Below are positions 22,866-36,400 of a stretch of 64,000 bases of DNA, piece after piece. Source of the stretch: Tubiluchus corallicola. Its lineage: Eukaryota; Animalia; Priapulida. Position numbers and translations under genes: made by a program. Every line of letters starts with the position of its first letter. Positions within the stretch are counted from its first letter, which is position 1. The notes below the pieces were generated by a model. It saw only the letters and a list, made by a program, of their open reading frames with translations. It did not search any database and was not told where the DNA came from. The stretch spans positions 149,747-213,746 of the forward strand of contig JAQGDQ010000396.1 of the NCBI GenBank assembly GCA_030141605.1, in the 5' to 3' direction.

Positions 22866-25800
22866 TTGTATTATGTTCTTTCAAATACTTCTTCAGTGTT
22901 CTTAAGTAATTTGGTGGTGTAAGTAAAATTTTACTGTGAATTTTTTTCTTAGTGCCTTATTGTTGCTTTAAATAATATTCAAAAATATCACAGCTGCTAT
23001 AAATCGCCAAAGACAGATGTAGGCCTTGCAGTCTTTATTTAGTGCACAAATATTTAATTTGTAACAAAAGTTACAAAACTGTGTTATAATTAGCATTTTA
23101 TTTAATTACCTGGCTGCAAACTCGGGAAATCTTAAAAAAAGATATCTATATGTGTGTTTTTGCAACTCACTGCTGAGCAAGTTATGAGCGCCTGTCGACC
23201 GGCCTGGCTGTGGTGGTATCTTTAATTCATCTGCTACAACACCGGTGCGCGAACAGCGGCGCGATAGCCTACTTGACGACAACAGTCCGTAATGCTGTGC
23301 CGCAAGGGCAACATTAACTGCGCGAACTGCTGCGCATTACGAATTATGTTCTGTACTCCCCTATTCTTTGGTTCCATTGCTGTTTCAACCACGTAGAAAA
23401 AAGATCACCACGATTGTTGCCTCGTTGCACTGTAAAATTTTTGTACTAATTTTCCTTTTAAAAATAGTTTCACCTTTTGTCAAAATTATTGGTTCGGGAG
23501 GTGATCATTTAGAGTCAGCTGTAGCGAATGATGTATGTGTTTTTACTAAATGTACTTTTTAGTATTTTGGTCTAGTCGTAGACAGCAAAATGTCGTTAAT
23601 ATTTAGAGATGTCAGTAAATCACTGACATAAAGTGACCGTTTTGTTTCCTTGTAGTTGGGGAAGTTATTGATGGCATGCTAACCATTTTTTAAGAGTTTG
23701 CAAGTCTTGCTAAGTGAAGAATCTTGTTATTTTTCTATCAGTTTATTTTATCATTTATTGGTTCTTATTTTGTTTTATGAAATTTTTTGTTCACATTTGT
23801 GTTTCTGTTGCATTTATGCTGTGTTGACTATGGAATAAAATAAAACAGAAAATTATCCAGATGCTTCTGACTGCTGATTTTTTATATTGGAGTTTTAAGT
23901 AACTGAGAGCTTGTTTATCACCATTTATAATTTATGTACAAGTTAAAGGATAAGAAAATGGATACCTGAAGTAGGTTTCAGAAAAATCGTCTTAAAAACT
24001 TATATTACGAAAAAAGGAATTTCGTTTTTTTTCATTTTAAATCTCCCGCAATACTGTTCTGATGTTGCCAATGTTAAATTATGTCCCAAAAAACTTTCCA
24101 TGCAAATCTATATTGCTTAGCATTTTGCTTACCTGCTGGAAAGACTTATGCAACTAGAAATAATAATTTAAAATGTTTGGGCCAATTGGTAAAACATCGC
24201 TGGCTCACCTTCTAAGGTGTGCCATTTACTAGCCAAAAACGTATTTTTAATCTTTTTGTCAAGATAGCAATTTAAAATTTTACTTAGTTAGCAACATGTA
24301 TGCTACGAATGCTCTGATTATTTTCAAACTTTACTCAATGTTATCTAAACTTGTTTTAAAAGACCTACCATGCAAGCCCTGCAGGTAAAAAGGTAGTATG
24401 TAAGTGATATAAAATTTTGAGACAAATTTTTTAAGCTTTATGTAAGTAGAGGGCTTTAAGTAACTAAATAAAATTATACAACATTCAGTGACATTAGGAA
24501 GTGCAATAGTAGTTATTGAATTGAGTGGTGAATAATTTGAAAGCATACTGAGAGTCTTTGCTGTTTGTGTAATAAGAACTAGATTATTTAGTAGCATCCC
24601 CATTATTTTGTACTCAACAATATTGGAAGGCAAATTGAAACTAACAAATAAATGGTACTGTGAAAATCATTCTTGTGAACAACTTTATTAGGTCAGAACC
24701 TTTTTAACAAGAAAACAATATTTTTCCTTCTAAATCCGTTCAGGAAAAATTCACAATGTTTATCATAACAAAATTTGTAACACTGAGTAACCAAACAGAT
24801 GCATACATTAGTTCATGGGTGAACGATGGTAATTATTTTAAAAAAGCTGGCTGAGAGTATGCAGGAAGAAAAGGTAAGAGAATGAAAAATTTTTGCAGTT
24901 GAATATCCTTTATTGACAATGTATACTAATAAAATGATGCATACATAAATGTTGTAACTCTTTTATATTCATTTAAAATTGCATTAGTATGAAACATTAC
25001 TGAACATCTGTATGAATTTCAGACAACCAAATATTAGTCCATTGACTCATTCTTGAAATTTTGTAAAAAACTACAGAGAAAATGTAATATGAAGTCTCAC
25101 TGTGTGATAAACACTTTGTGTAACTAGTAAAATTACTTTAAAGTCGCGATCATTTCGTGCTTGGACCATTGTGTCCATACTTCCGCCAATGACATCGTTC
25201 ATCGGTTGAAGAAAAGCAGCACACTGTCAATTTCTTTCAAAGGTATAAATAAGTTTGTACAGAAAAACTAGATAGTTAATTATGCATGAACATTGGGTAA
25301 GCTGCAGAGCAGTGCATGTTTACAGAAAGCTTTGAAGTTTCTGATAATTTCTCTAGTGCATGGAAACTCATAGTAATTTGCAAAAGAAAAAACATCACAC
25401 AAAAAACAATATGCATTATACAGATTGTACTTTTCTAGATTAAGCGAGAAATAATTTTTTGGGATATTGCAAAAATTACACTACAGATCTATTCATATTC
25501 TAGCTGTGGTCTTTTCACCTTGTTTATTAATTTAGTAGTGAGACTTATCACGTGATTTTACAACTTACTCATATTACCAATAATGATATATGGAGTGTAC
25601 AGTCTTTCCTAGACACCCATATGCATTTGTTTACTTGGAACAGCATATGTGTCTGATGGCTTTTAAGTGTTAAAAGCTAATCTATAGTTTGTTCAGCTTT
25701 TCTAGCTTCATTTGAAAGTTATGGTGATGGCATTAGCTTTTTAATTATTTTTATCATCCTTCAAGTCTTCCTGGAGACTGTTAATGAAGGCTGTTGACTC

Positions 25801-27414
25801 CTGTTAGTTTATTAATTGGCTATGTCAAAATGATTGGCAGAATCTGGATGTAATGCAGTGTAGCAATTTCAATTGAGATACTGAATTGGGCCTAAAGAAG
25901 TAGTGAAATAATAAAAACTATTTCAATATTGGGTACCACGATTCTGTATTGTTATTGAGGATTTCATAATATGAAATCATAATAATGTAGCTGACGTAGA
26001 ACAGATGTTAAGCTTTAGTTTATGTGTTAGTTTACTGAAGAATGAAGATGTTTGCATTTCAAGTTGCGATATGTTTTGATTTAATTTTTTTACAGTTTTT
26101 TTAGAAAACTGCTTTAACATGCAATGGCAGTTATCAGACCTGTGTTGCATGCTGCAGACAATCAGTAAAACATGTTTTTAATTGGTATTTCGGGTCCAAC
26201 ATCGGAATCATAAATTTTGAGTGCTGTTGTAGTAAGGGTAACAATACCCCTCTAGTCAAGTCCCTGTCATTGATAATTAGTTGTTTTGCTCCTGTTACTC
26301 TCCCCTACACAATCACTATTAAGGTTAACTATATGAAAAACAGGGAAACATACATAAGTGAATGATATCTACCTTTTTCTTGTTACATATTGTTTTCAGA
26401 TATTGAATTTGTAGCCTATATACAGCGACGATGTATTTTAATAAATAATTATACTTTGGGGCTTGTTATGGTTGCAGTTTCATTTTTTTGCAGAGAAATT
26501 TTGTTGACCTTTCATTGTTTGAAGTTCATGTTATAGCCTAAACTCATTTCACACATGGACATGCAGTAAAATTCATCAAAGAAAAATTCCTTGTGGTATT
26601 CCTTACAAAAATTGAACACATTATTTTTTAGGGCAGTTTTTGCTCAGATGCCTCATGAGGAATATAATATTCCTCATGGTATTCCTTGTGAGGAATTCCA
26701 CTGCCAACTGAAATCGTGCTTCCCATTCGCAAGGAAATTTGCTGCTTAGTGGAAACAGAGCATGTTTTATTTTTTCCTTGCAGAATTTAACTGCTTAATT
26801 ACTTCTTTCTTGTATAGTGAACATCAGTTTTAGTAAAAAATATTTTAGTAAAAATTTGTGTTTTTAATCCGTGTTTTATCATATAAACAATTTTTTGTTT
26901 TATTAAGGCAACTGTAACTGTTACAGTCATGAACAACTGAATAAGACATGCTGTTAGTTATTACATATCTATGTGAATTATGAATTATAAATTTTTTCCA
27001 CAGCAAATATATGTTTACAAACTATGAAGATTATTGGTTGCTCCAAAAAAAAAACAAACAAACAAATCTTCTATTGATTAAACCTGTTAACTGTTATTTT
27101 TATAAATTTCTACTTGTAAATGCATTAGCTGCATGAGCTAGCTGGATTCACTTAAAAAAACCTCTCAGTTTCTATGTGAAATGAACTTTCTTGGTTCATG
27201 GGTTATCGTGAATGAGTTGATCTTTTTCTGATAATTTTCCGATTCTGTGACAGCATTTGCGTGCATCATTTTCCTTGCAGCTTCTGATTAAAATGGATCT
27301 TAAAAGAAAGGGCTTGTCTGTGTTAATGAGCATAGCTAACTTTTTTTTAGAAAACAAAACTACAGCTGCTATATTTGCTGCTACTAATACAACTGTATCC
27401 TTTTCCAGAGCTAC

Positions 27415-30400
27415 ATGTCGGTGTTCAGGAAAATGAGAATATACCGGCGATGTCTGATGAAATGGGTCATTGTCATTGCCATGGTGTTGCTCGCCATTCC
27501 ATTTATTCTACATCTACAGGATTTAGCACGAGGCAAGCAGGTTGCAAAGCGGGGTGGTGATTTCAGGAAACCAGATGCTGAGAAGGTGAGCATTACTTAA
27601 ATATCAGATATGCATAAAAGCCCTAAATTAAGGAGTCACTCCTACTGGTGAAGGCATTAGAAGAAATAATTTTTGTAGTTTGTATCATGTAGCACAGTAC
27701 TAAACTATACTTGGTATTTAATTTGTAGGTCAATAACTTTAAGTAGCACTTCAAATTTTGTGTTGGAATGCATTCAGAATTATTTAACTTTGAAACCAAA
27801 CTTGACCAAAAGGATGAAAATATGAAAAAGTTTTGACTGAACTTGAATTAGAATCAGGGCCTTTGGGCGTCACATCAAATGCAAATTTTTTGACTGTGAA
27901 GGTTTTCATATTGTGATACTGTAACATTATTATCGGCATGCCATTACATTACAACCCGTCAAACCTAATGAAAAGAGTATAATTTTTTTATTAATTAAAT
28001 TATGAAATTATGCTTTCATAAATGTGTAATGCACTATTAGTAACTAATCAAGCTATACATATAGTATGGCTGTCTGTTTTACAAGTAGAAGTGTTCCTAC
28101 CATTACAGTGCACACCTGGTATATATCCTAAACATTGTTTCTTTGTTCGGCAGACCGTATGGTGGTATCAGTCTGACATTTGATTTGCTCACCTTAGTGA
28201 ATGTATTAATTTGAGACATATACTGGCTTTTGGATAAACATAATCATTACCTTGCAATTATGACTTCCTGTGTTATATATTTTTTGTTGAACATCTGAAA
28301 GTATTATTAAATGTGTAGTATAACAAATTTTTAGAAGCTGTTAGCTAGTGGCTTGGGTCTAAAATGTTTACAGCAGCGGTAATTTACAAGTAAAGCTCTG
28401 TTAGATATTTTGATTTGTGTGCCCCTATAGACACATCCTGCCAAAAACTGCAAATTTCATATGCATAAACAATGTATACATAGCTTAATTATTAGGAGAG
28501 CATATTTGAAAGTCAATTCAAGACAAAGGAATAAAAAAGAATCTATTGTTCTGTAATTGTTTTTGAGAACTTTTAGCAGTTCATTAGTGAGTAGTGAGTT
28601 AGACGGTTTAGTGAATATGCAGGTTGCACACAGTATTGATTATTTAATCCTAGTGTTAGCAGTTACTTTCAGTACTATTAATTGGAACTTAAGTGTGCTG
28701 TGCCAGCAAGACACTGGTGAACCACTGCTAACCTCAGCAAGATCTGAATCGGAAGACACCAATGTCGGAGCAGAAGAAATGTCGGAGCAGATAGATAATG
28801 AGAGCATCACATATATTTCAGGTGCCACCAAAACTGTTGACAGCCTGTTGGAAAAATCAGTGTTTGCGGAACTAGTGTCTGATATTGTCGTTGAAGTAAG
28901 CCAGGAATTATCAAAATGTCCCGTGTTTTACATGTCGTCCATCTATCATATGTACGAAGCCAGATTGCGCGAACTTGGTGTGCTGGTTCCTGTACATCCA
29001 ACTCGATTGAAAGATCGAATTCTAATGGCTGTGCCTAATATGCGGGCTCTGTTTCATGGTGATAAAGTACTGCTTGCAGTCAACAGTGATATCGGTACTG
29101 TGAGGCCAATCATGAAGCTAAGACGGGTATGGAACTTTCCCCACATTACATCTTGGAAACAGAAATAGACAAACTTTATGTCTATGGTTTATGCTTAAAA
29201 AGACTAATGCTTCCATGAAGCTGGTTCTATAATTTTTATAATATCAATGTTGGAACTGTACGAGACAAAACAAATCCAAGCAGCTTCTTTAGAAGCAGAG
29301 TTACAAGCACCTGCACGTTTTCTGGGGAACTGACTGTGATGCCGATTGTTTCAAGATGATAGCAATTGCGAAGACAAGCAACATTCTGAAGCAATGAAAC
29401 CAAGCTGTATAAATTGATACATCATTTTATTTCAGTGCAGTAAAGCTGGAGCAACTTAATATCCAACTAGTTTATCTTGAATGGAAATTATGTTACACTG
29501 TACCTTAAGTCTTGCTTTTCCCTGGGAACAAATTTTATTACTCATTTGATTGTTTATTTTTTAGATTGTACATATGCGAAAAGAGGCTGAATTGACACCT
29601 GGTGTGCTGGGAAATTTTGAGCCACCTCCGGAAGCTCATCCAGATGGCCCAGGAGAAGGAGGAACGTCTGTGAAGACTGATCTGAAATCTTCCGAAGTAA
29701 GTCTGTAGGTTATCTCCCAGGAATGCAGATAATGATTATCTATAAGAAATAAACTTCTTATTGAAATGAGAAGCTTTTGAAGAAGTTGATGTCATTTTAG
29801 CAAAATGTTGTTGCATTAATTTAACTGATTGTCTTTAACTGCAAGGTTTGTAGTGCTATTGTTATAAATACTAGTCTTCACAGTAGTCATTTGATTTTGT
29901 ATAGGTGCAACATGCTATACGTTTGTATGGATTTAATATGGTAGCCAGTGATAAAATTTCCTTAAATAGGACTGTAAAGGACACAAGAATGGAGGAGTAT
30001 GATGTTTTTTACACTTATCTAATTAAATGCATCTGTTTTAGATTAAAAAAATAATAAAAAAGTATAGAATTTGTTATTAGTATTTACTTGAAATTCATGT
30101 TCTGGAGAAGATACTGATTCTGATAAAAATGTTGCTGATTTTTTTATCAAAAAAATTTTTCAGATAGTCAAGCATTGTAGTACCACCAGAACATTCTTAG
30201 AACTTGTTAATAAAAATAATATTAACTTCTTGTAATTGGTGGTTTCTACAGTTACGCGCTCGAGTTAGAAAATCATTTTTATAAATTGCCTTTTTTTGAA
30301 ACAAAAGTCTTATAACCTCGAACTTTTTAACAATTATTTTTGAAACATTATATATTATAAATTTTGTGTAATTATGTTTATCTATGGTGTTTATCTAGCA

Positions 30401-33400
30401 TTTTATTTCAACTGCCTCTGTTTTTGTTTATGTAGATGTAAATATTGGCAGTATCCAACTGATCTGCCCACTGCATCGGTAGTTGTTGTCTTCCACAATG
30501 AAGGCTGGTCGACGCTATTGAGAACTGTTCATAGCGTTATCGCTCGGTCTCCTGCTAGACTGTTGACTGAGGTTTTACTTGTTGATGATTTCAGTGATAG
30601 AGGTAGGCAGATATTCGCTATTCAAAACTGTAACTCTTAGTTTAAAATAAAAGAATAGATAAAACAGACCTTATTTTGTTTTATTCTCAGCTTTTTACGC
30701 AGTTGCCACTGCAAGCTGGGACTGAGACTCAAAGACCTTGCCTTGCCACCAGTGATGCATAGTTGTAGTAGATGGATCTAGTTTAGGGATATCATGAAGC
30801 TCCGGTAAAACTGGAGCTTCGAAACCGAATCCGAATTGGAGCTTTGATCTGATTCTATGCACTGAAGTTCTAAACTACTTCAGATCTGACCCGATTTGGC
30901 AGAGACTTTTGAAAAAAATCCGGTTCAGCTTTAGCTTTATTATAAAATTTATTATACGCTTTATTTATTTATCTTTAAATTGTTCCGCAACATCCTGGAA
31001 TTGCTCCGACGTCGCCACATTTGGTTTCAGCACATGTCCAACTCATGAAATCTTATGCGAAAGCACGTATCTCATTGCAATTTTAACTGCTAGTTTCAAC
31101 AAAAATGCCAAGATTTCTCAGGTTACTTTGACAGAGCGTGGTTTTGCTAATAACACATGATGTAGCTTAGACGAATGCGGTTTTTTGTCATCCACATTAC
31201 ACGGGCTCATGGAGTGTAGGTAAAGGCACCCCTGGGAATTTTTTGACTAATAAGTCATTTTATATTGTATTAGAAGAAATCTGTTACCAGATAATTAGAT
31301 CATCTATAGTCTTTTATTATTGGAGAATTACTGTCAAACGTGCTGCTCAGATAGGTCATCTATAATCTTCATGAAAAACACTGCTGTCTTACCAATCTGC
31401 CATAATTTGGTAGGAAACTGAGTAGATTCGAAAAAGATTTGGTTGAAAGAACTGTCTGAAAAATTGAGATTCGAATTCGATTCGGTTTCGAAAATTATTC
31501 TAAACTGAGATTCTGATTCGATCCAGATTGGAAGATTATTTTAAACTGAGATTCGGATTCCATCTGGATTCCAAAATTATTGTGAAAATGAGATTTGGTT
31601 TAGATTCGGATTTGGTAATTTCAGATTTGTGACATCCCTAGTCTAGTTCATTATGACAGGTGGTTCCATAAAGGTAGACATTGGTAGCTGTGTCTTTGTT
31701 ATTATGCAAGTATAGCCTTCCCCATTGAGTTAAATAGCTGGAAACACTATACTACCTAAAACCACACAGAGCTATTTTCTTACAATTTCCAATCTATTTA
31801 GTAACCAGACTCGGCAGCACTGTTAAAATATTGTACCCAAGCAGACGCCGTGACAACAGAGCTTTTCTTATTCTTCTGTTACTCTAAACATCAGTTATAG
31901 GCAGTGAGCATTTGGCCTTTATTAGAGCACTTCACTATTTCCTGTCAGCAGCCAAAGTGTTCAACACCTGTGATGCTATTGTCAAATCTGGTCTCAGCCG
32001 TTGCAGATTTTTACAAATTTTTGATATGCCACAGGAATCTCGAATGTTTCTGCAAGGAGCAATTGTATCTGGGTACAATCATTTCATACCCCTCTTTGAC
32101 ATCCACGGACATCTTGCTTTACTTAAAATAACTTTATTGTTTGTTAAAAATTTAAAATCGAGCAAAACTTTAGTTGACAGGTGGGGGATGTGACTAGTTA
32201 TTCATTTTAAATCAGAATAGTACATCATTATGGTTTGCTTGCTAGAAGATTCTTGTCTAGTTACGGAGTAATGGTTTTTTTCTAACAGTACAGTTTTCAG
32301 TTTGACTCCTTAGAGGTATATAAAAAATATATGTTCATTTTGAAGGAATGTAGTGAACTTATATTTAATATATAATATATAATAATAATATTTGCGCAAT
32401 AATAATAATAATATATATAATAATAATATTATTAATACTTGCCCTGCATTGCCTATTTAACATGTAATTATTTACAGCCCATTTGAAAGATGACTTGGAA
32501 AAGTATGTTGCCACTGTGAAAAAGGTTCGCTTGATACGGAATCGCAAGCGCGAAGGATTGATACGATCTCGTACCATCGGAGCGGAAAATGCATACGGAG
32601 ATGTTGTAGTATTTCTGGATGCTCATTGTGAACCAAATAAAAACTGGCTTCCACCTTTACTAGCCAGAATTCACTACGACAGGCATGATTTTTCTGTCTG
32701 TTCTACTTTAGGTGTAACCGCATCATTGCGAGTGTCATAAAGAAACCGATTTCTTGGACTGAAGTTACTAATGTTCTAGTCAGTTTCTTAGGAGTTTACA
32801 ACTGAAAGTACATGCCATACATAATGTTAACACAGTGAAAAGAAAATGTTTTTCAAAAGATTCTTTTAAAAATTATTATCAGGAACTTATATGAAAAGGA
32901 AGCTAGCATGAAAGCATTGCACATAGGCAGATGCTCTCATTTCCAAAGGTTAATTAAACTAGAAACTGTTTTCAGCATGACCATTGCTCATCTAATTGGT
33001 GACTTTCTGGTTTTGTTATATATATTATATATGGCACAATCATTTAACATGTTTATAACTAAAGCTAAAATAAGTGACTGCATAGTTTTTGAGTTATGGG
33101 CTTAGTTTGCTTATTATTTGCAGTCTAAGTCATTTACTTACATATGTATTAATAAGAAAAGTCGTGTAGACCAACCGTTTATCTAGATATATTACTCTTA
33201 ATAGGAAGATCATCGCTGTGCCAATTGTTGATGGCATAGACATGGACGATTTTCACTACAGGCCCACTTATGCAGCTGGGTCTCATTTTATTGGCATATT
33301 CGAATGGGGATTCTTGTACAAAGAGATGAAGTTGCCCGAAGCAGAGAGGAATAAGCGGAAACATGACAGCGAGCCTTACAAGTATGGCATTGTTTTGTAT

Positions 33401-36400
33401 GCCCATTGGATGACTGCAGAATTGTTTTGAAATGTTGAGTTTTTACGATTATGCTATAAAAGTGTACAAAGATATTATACTTAAGAAAGTGAAAGGTTGT
33501 ATTTTATTTATTTGTAGGTCACCAACACACGCAGGTGGGCTGCTAGCTATTGATAGGAAATATTTTCTTGAAGTGGGTGGTTACGACCCTGGCATGTTAG
33601 TTTGGGGCGGTGAGAACTTTGAGCTGTCTTTCAAGGTAAGCTAATCATAATTAGCCATTGCTTAATGCTTTTGCTCAAAGAAATATGTCATAAACTTGTA
33701 TTGTAAACCATGTGTTCTAATGTTCTTCGGAACTACATGAATAATAAACTACTACTAAGAAATTATGTGTTGTTCACTATCTATTTTTTACAGCTGAAAG
33801 CAAAACTCTTAAACAGTAATAGTTTCACCATTTAGCACGCTGCAAACTAAGATGCAGTATTTAATGTGGATGACTGTTAAGAGGACCGAATTATCAAGGC
33901 TTATCTGTAAGATGAGGCACTGAACTATTTGAGGTGTCCAAATTATGTTCGAATGTGGATTCATCCTTTTTCAATGGGAGTGATGGCCATGACGTGCATG
34001 GCTATTGAAACCATTCAGAATAAGTGTTAAACAGTCGCCCATTCATTTACGAACCAGGCTTGGCATTGCTTAATGACATTTGTTGAGCACATGTCATTGC
34101 TACTCAGCTATTACCTTCCACAATCATTGTTGATTAAAGCATCTTGCACTGCATCTCTGATTTCTAACATTTATAATTTTTTCAGGTATGGATGTGTGGA
34201 GGTAGCGTGGAATGGGTACCGTGTTCTAGGGTGGGACACGTTTATCGACATTTCATGCCATATGGATTTGGTGAGTTTGCCAGCAAAGGACCAATAATTG
34301 ATCTGGTAAGAGCAGACTTTAGTACAGTAGTCGCCTCTTAATAGACTCACGGTTAATAGACTCAAAAATGCCTGAAACGCCTTCTATTCAAATATACATA
34401 AAAACTATCGGTAATTGATTCAAGTAACTTCACTTAATTGACTCAATATTTTTCCTTCACGTACTTAAAATAAGACATGTGCCCAAACAGCCTCTCCTAC
34501 TTTTATGTCATCTTTACTTCCCCTTTGTGCATTATATATGTAGAAACAATCATGTTAAGTACCATTTTGTTTGTAAACAAACACGTTTATCATGCGCTAA
34601 TACGCTAGCATAGCGGTTTTGCTTTCAATCTGTTACCTGCTCGCCCGCTGCAATTAACCTCGTTACTCAAAGAATTTCTGGAAGCTAAACATGTAATCAC
34701 TTGCCTAGTGGTTTGCTTTTGATGTTCTAGTTGCAAATCACATTGTCAGGCTTAATGAGTTAATAGTCAAAGATGCAAGTACAGTAATCAGCCAGTATTC
34801 CTTGTGACTTACAAGAGTAAACATCATACAGCAAATAAGGGCATAGAGTTAAGAAGTTTGAAAAATGGAGCATAAGTGTAAGGATCTAACAGTTAAGGAG
34901 AAACTGAAAATTTTAGAGCAGCACGATAAACTTCCAAGGGTGTGCAGCAGTGCAGTTGAAAATTTCCCAAAGTACTCTCGGCAGAATATTGAAAAAACGT
35001 TCTGAAATTGAGCTGTCAGCAAGCCAAAATGAGAATCTGACATCTAAGAGACGACCCACAGGAAAAGACTGTGAAGTGGAGTGAGCATTATAATGTGGTT
35101 TACAAATACAAGAGAAAAAGATGCTCGAGTGAATGCTTTTAATGCGACAGAAAGCGGAAGATTTGGCAAAGAAAATGCTCAAACACACGCCAAGCGCTAA
35201 ATGTTTTACGAGAATACACTCATCACACAGCAACAGATTTTCAACATTTTTATGATTACGAGAACTTTAGAGCGAACTTCTTCACGAGAAAATTAAGCAG
35301 CTAACTTTGAAGGAATTTTTGTAATTTTTGCAAATAAACAGACTTGTGTGATTTAGAAAAGTTAATTTACTTATATAAATTAATATTTTTAAATAATTTT
35401 TTCTAATTTTTTAACTGCACAAAGGAATTTAGGCATTACTACATTTCTAAAATCGATTAAAAGCCTTTGTAGTGCATAGTAAGCTGATGACTCATACTTC
35501 TATAGCAGTAATACTACACCCATTGGTTAATTGGTTCAGTCGGTTAATTGGGTCAAAATACGTCTGTCCCAAAGTGAGTCTATTAAGCTGTGACTTCTCT
35601 AGTTTGGTTATTATATATTTTCATTAAATATCTTCTGTTATGTGCAAAGGCAAATATAACATAATTTTTCAGTCACAGTTAGGGTGGCTTTATGTGTTTC
35701 ATGTGGTGACATAAGGACAAGTTCACACGAACGTGTTTCAAATAATGACATATGACTGTTTATGTGACTTAGTTTGCATGATTTATATGCTGTTACCTAA
35801 CTTGACAATGATATTTTAATGTTTCCACTGTTATCAAATCTACATGGCTGCCTTTGCCACAAGGTGTGTAGGTGCCACAACAGCTAGATGGCTAGACATC
35901 CTCATTACCATCTCAAAGTTTTCCACTGCATGCATAATGCTCTTACATTGCAGTTAAGTATAATTATTCTATTTCAATTGCAACTTGTAGTTAGCTCTTT
36001 TTTATGATTTTTTCGTTTTCATTTTCAGAACTATAAACGTGTGGTAGAAACCTGGATGGAAGGCGAGTACAAAGACGCTTTCTACGCACGTCTGCCTTAC
36101 GTTAATCAGCTGGATGCTGGTGATATCAACGAGCAGCTCAAGTTTAAGAAAGAACACAACTGCAAAAGTTTCAAGTGGTTTATGGAAAACGTTGCATGGA
36201 TGCTGTTGGAAAGATTTCCTTTGCAGCCAAAGAATCGTTTTTGGGGCTCGGTATGTAAAAATCTGTAACTTATTTTACATTCTAAAAGGTGTTACAATGA
36301 ACAAAAAAATTTTGATGGACTTGAAAGACATCAAAGTGAATGGTGTTATTAGATATTTTGAAAAGTTTTGTTAGAATTTTATTAATGTAGCACTTGTTGA

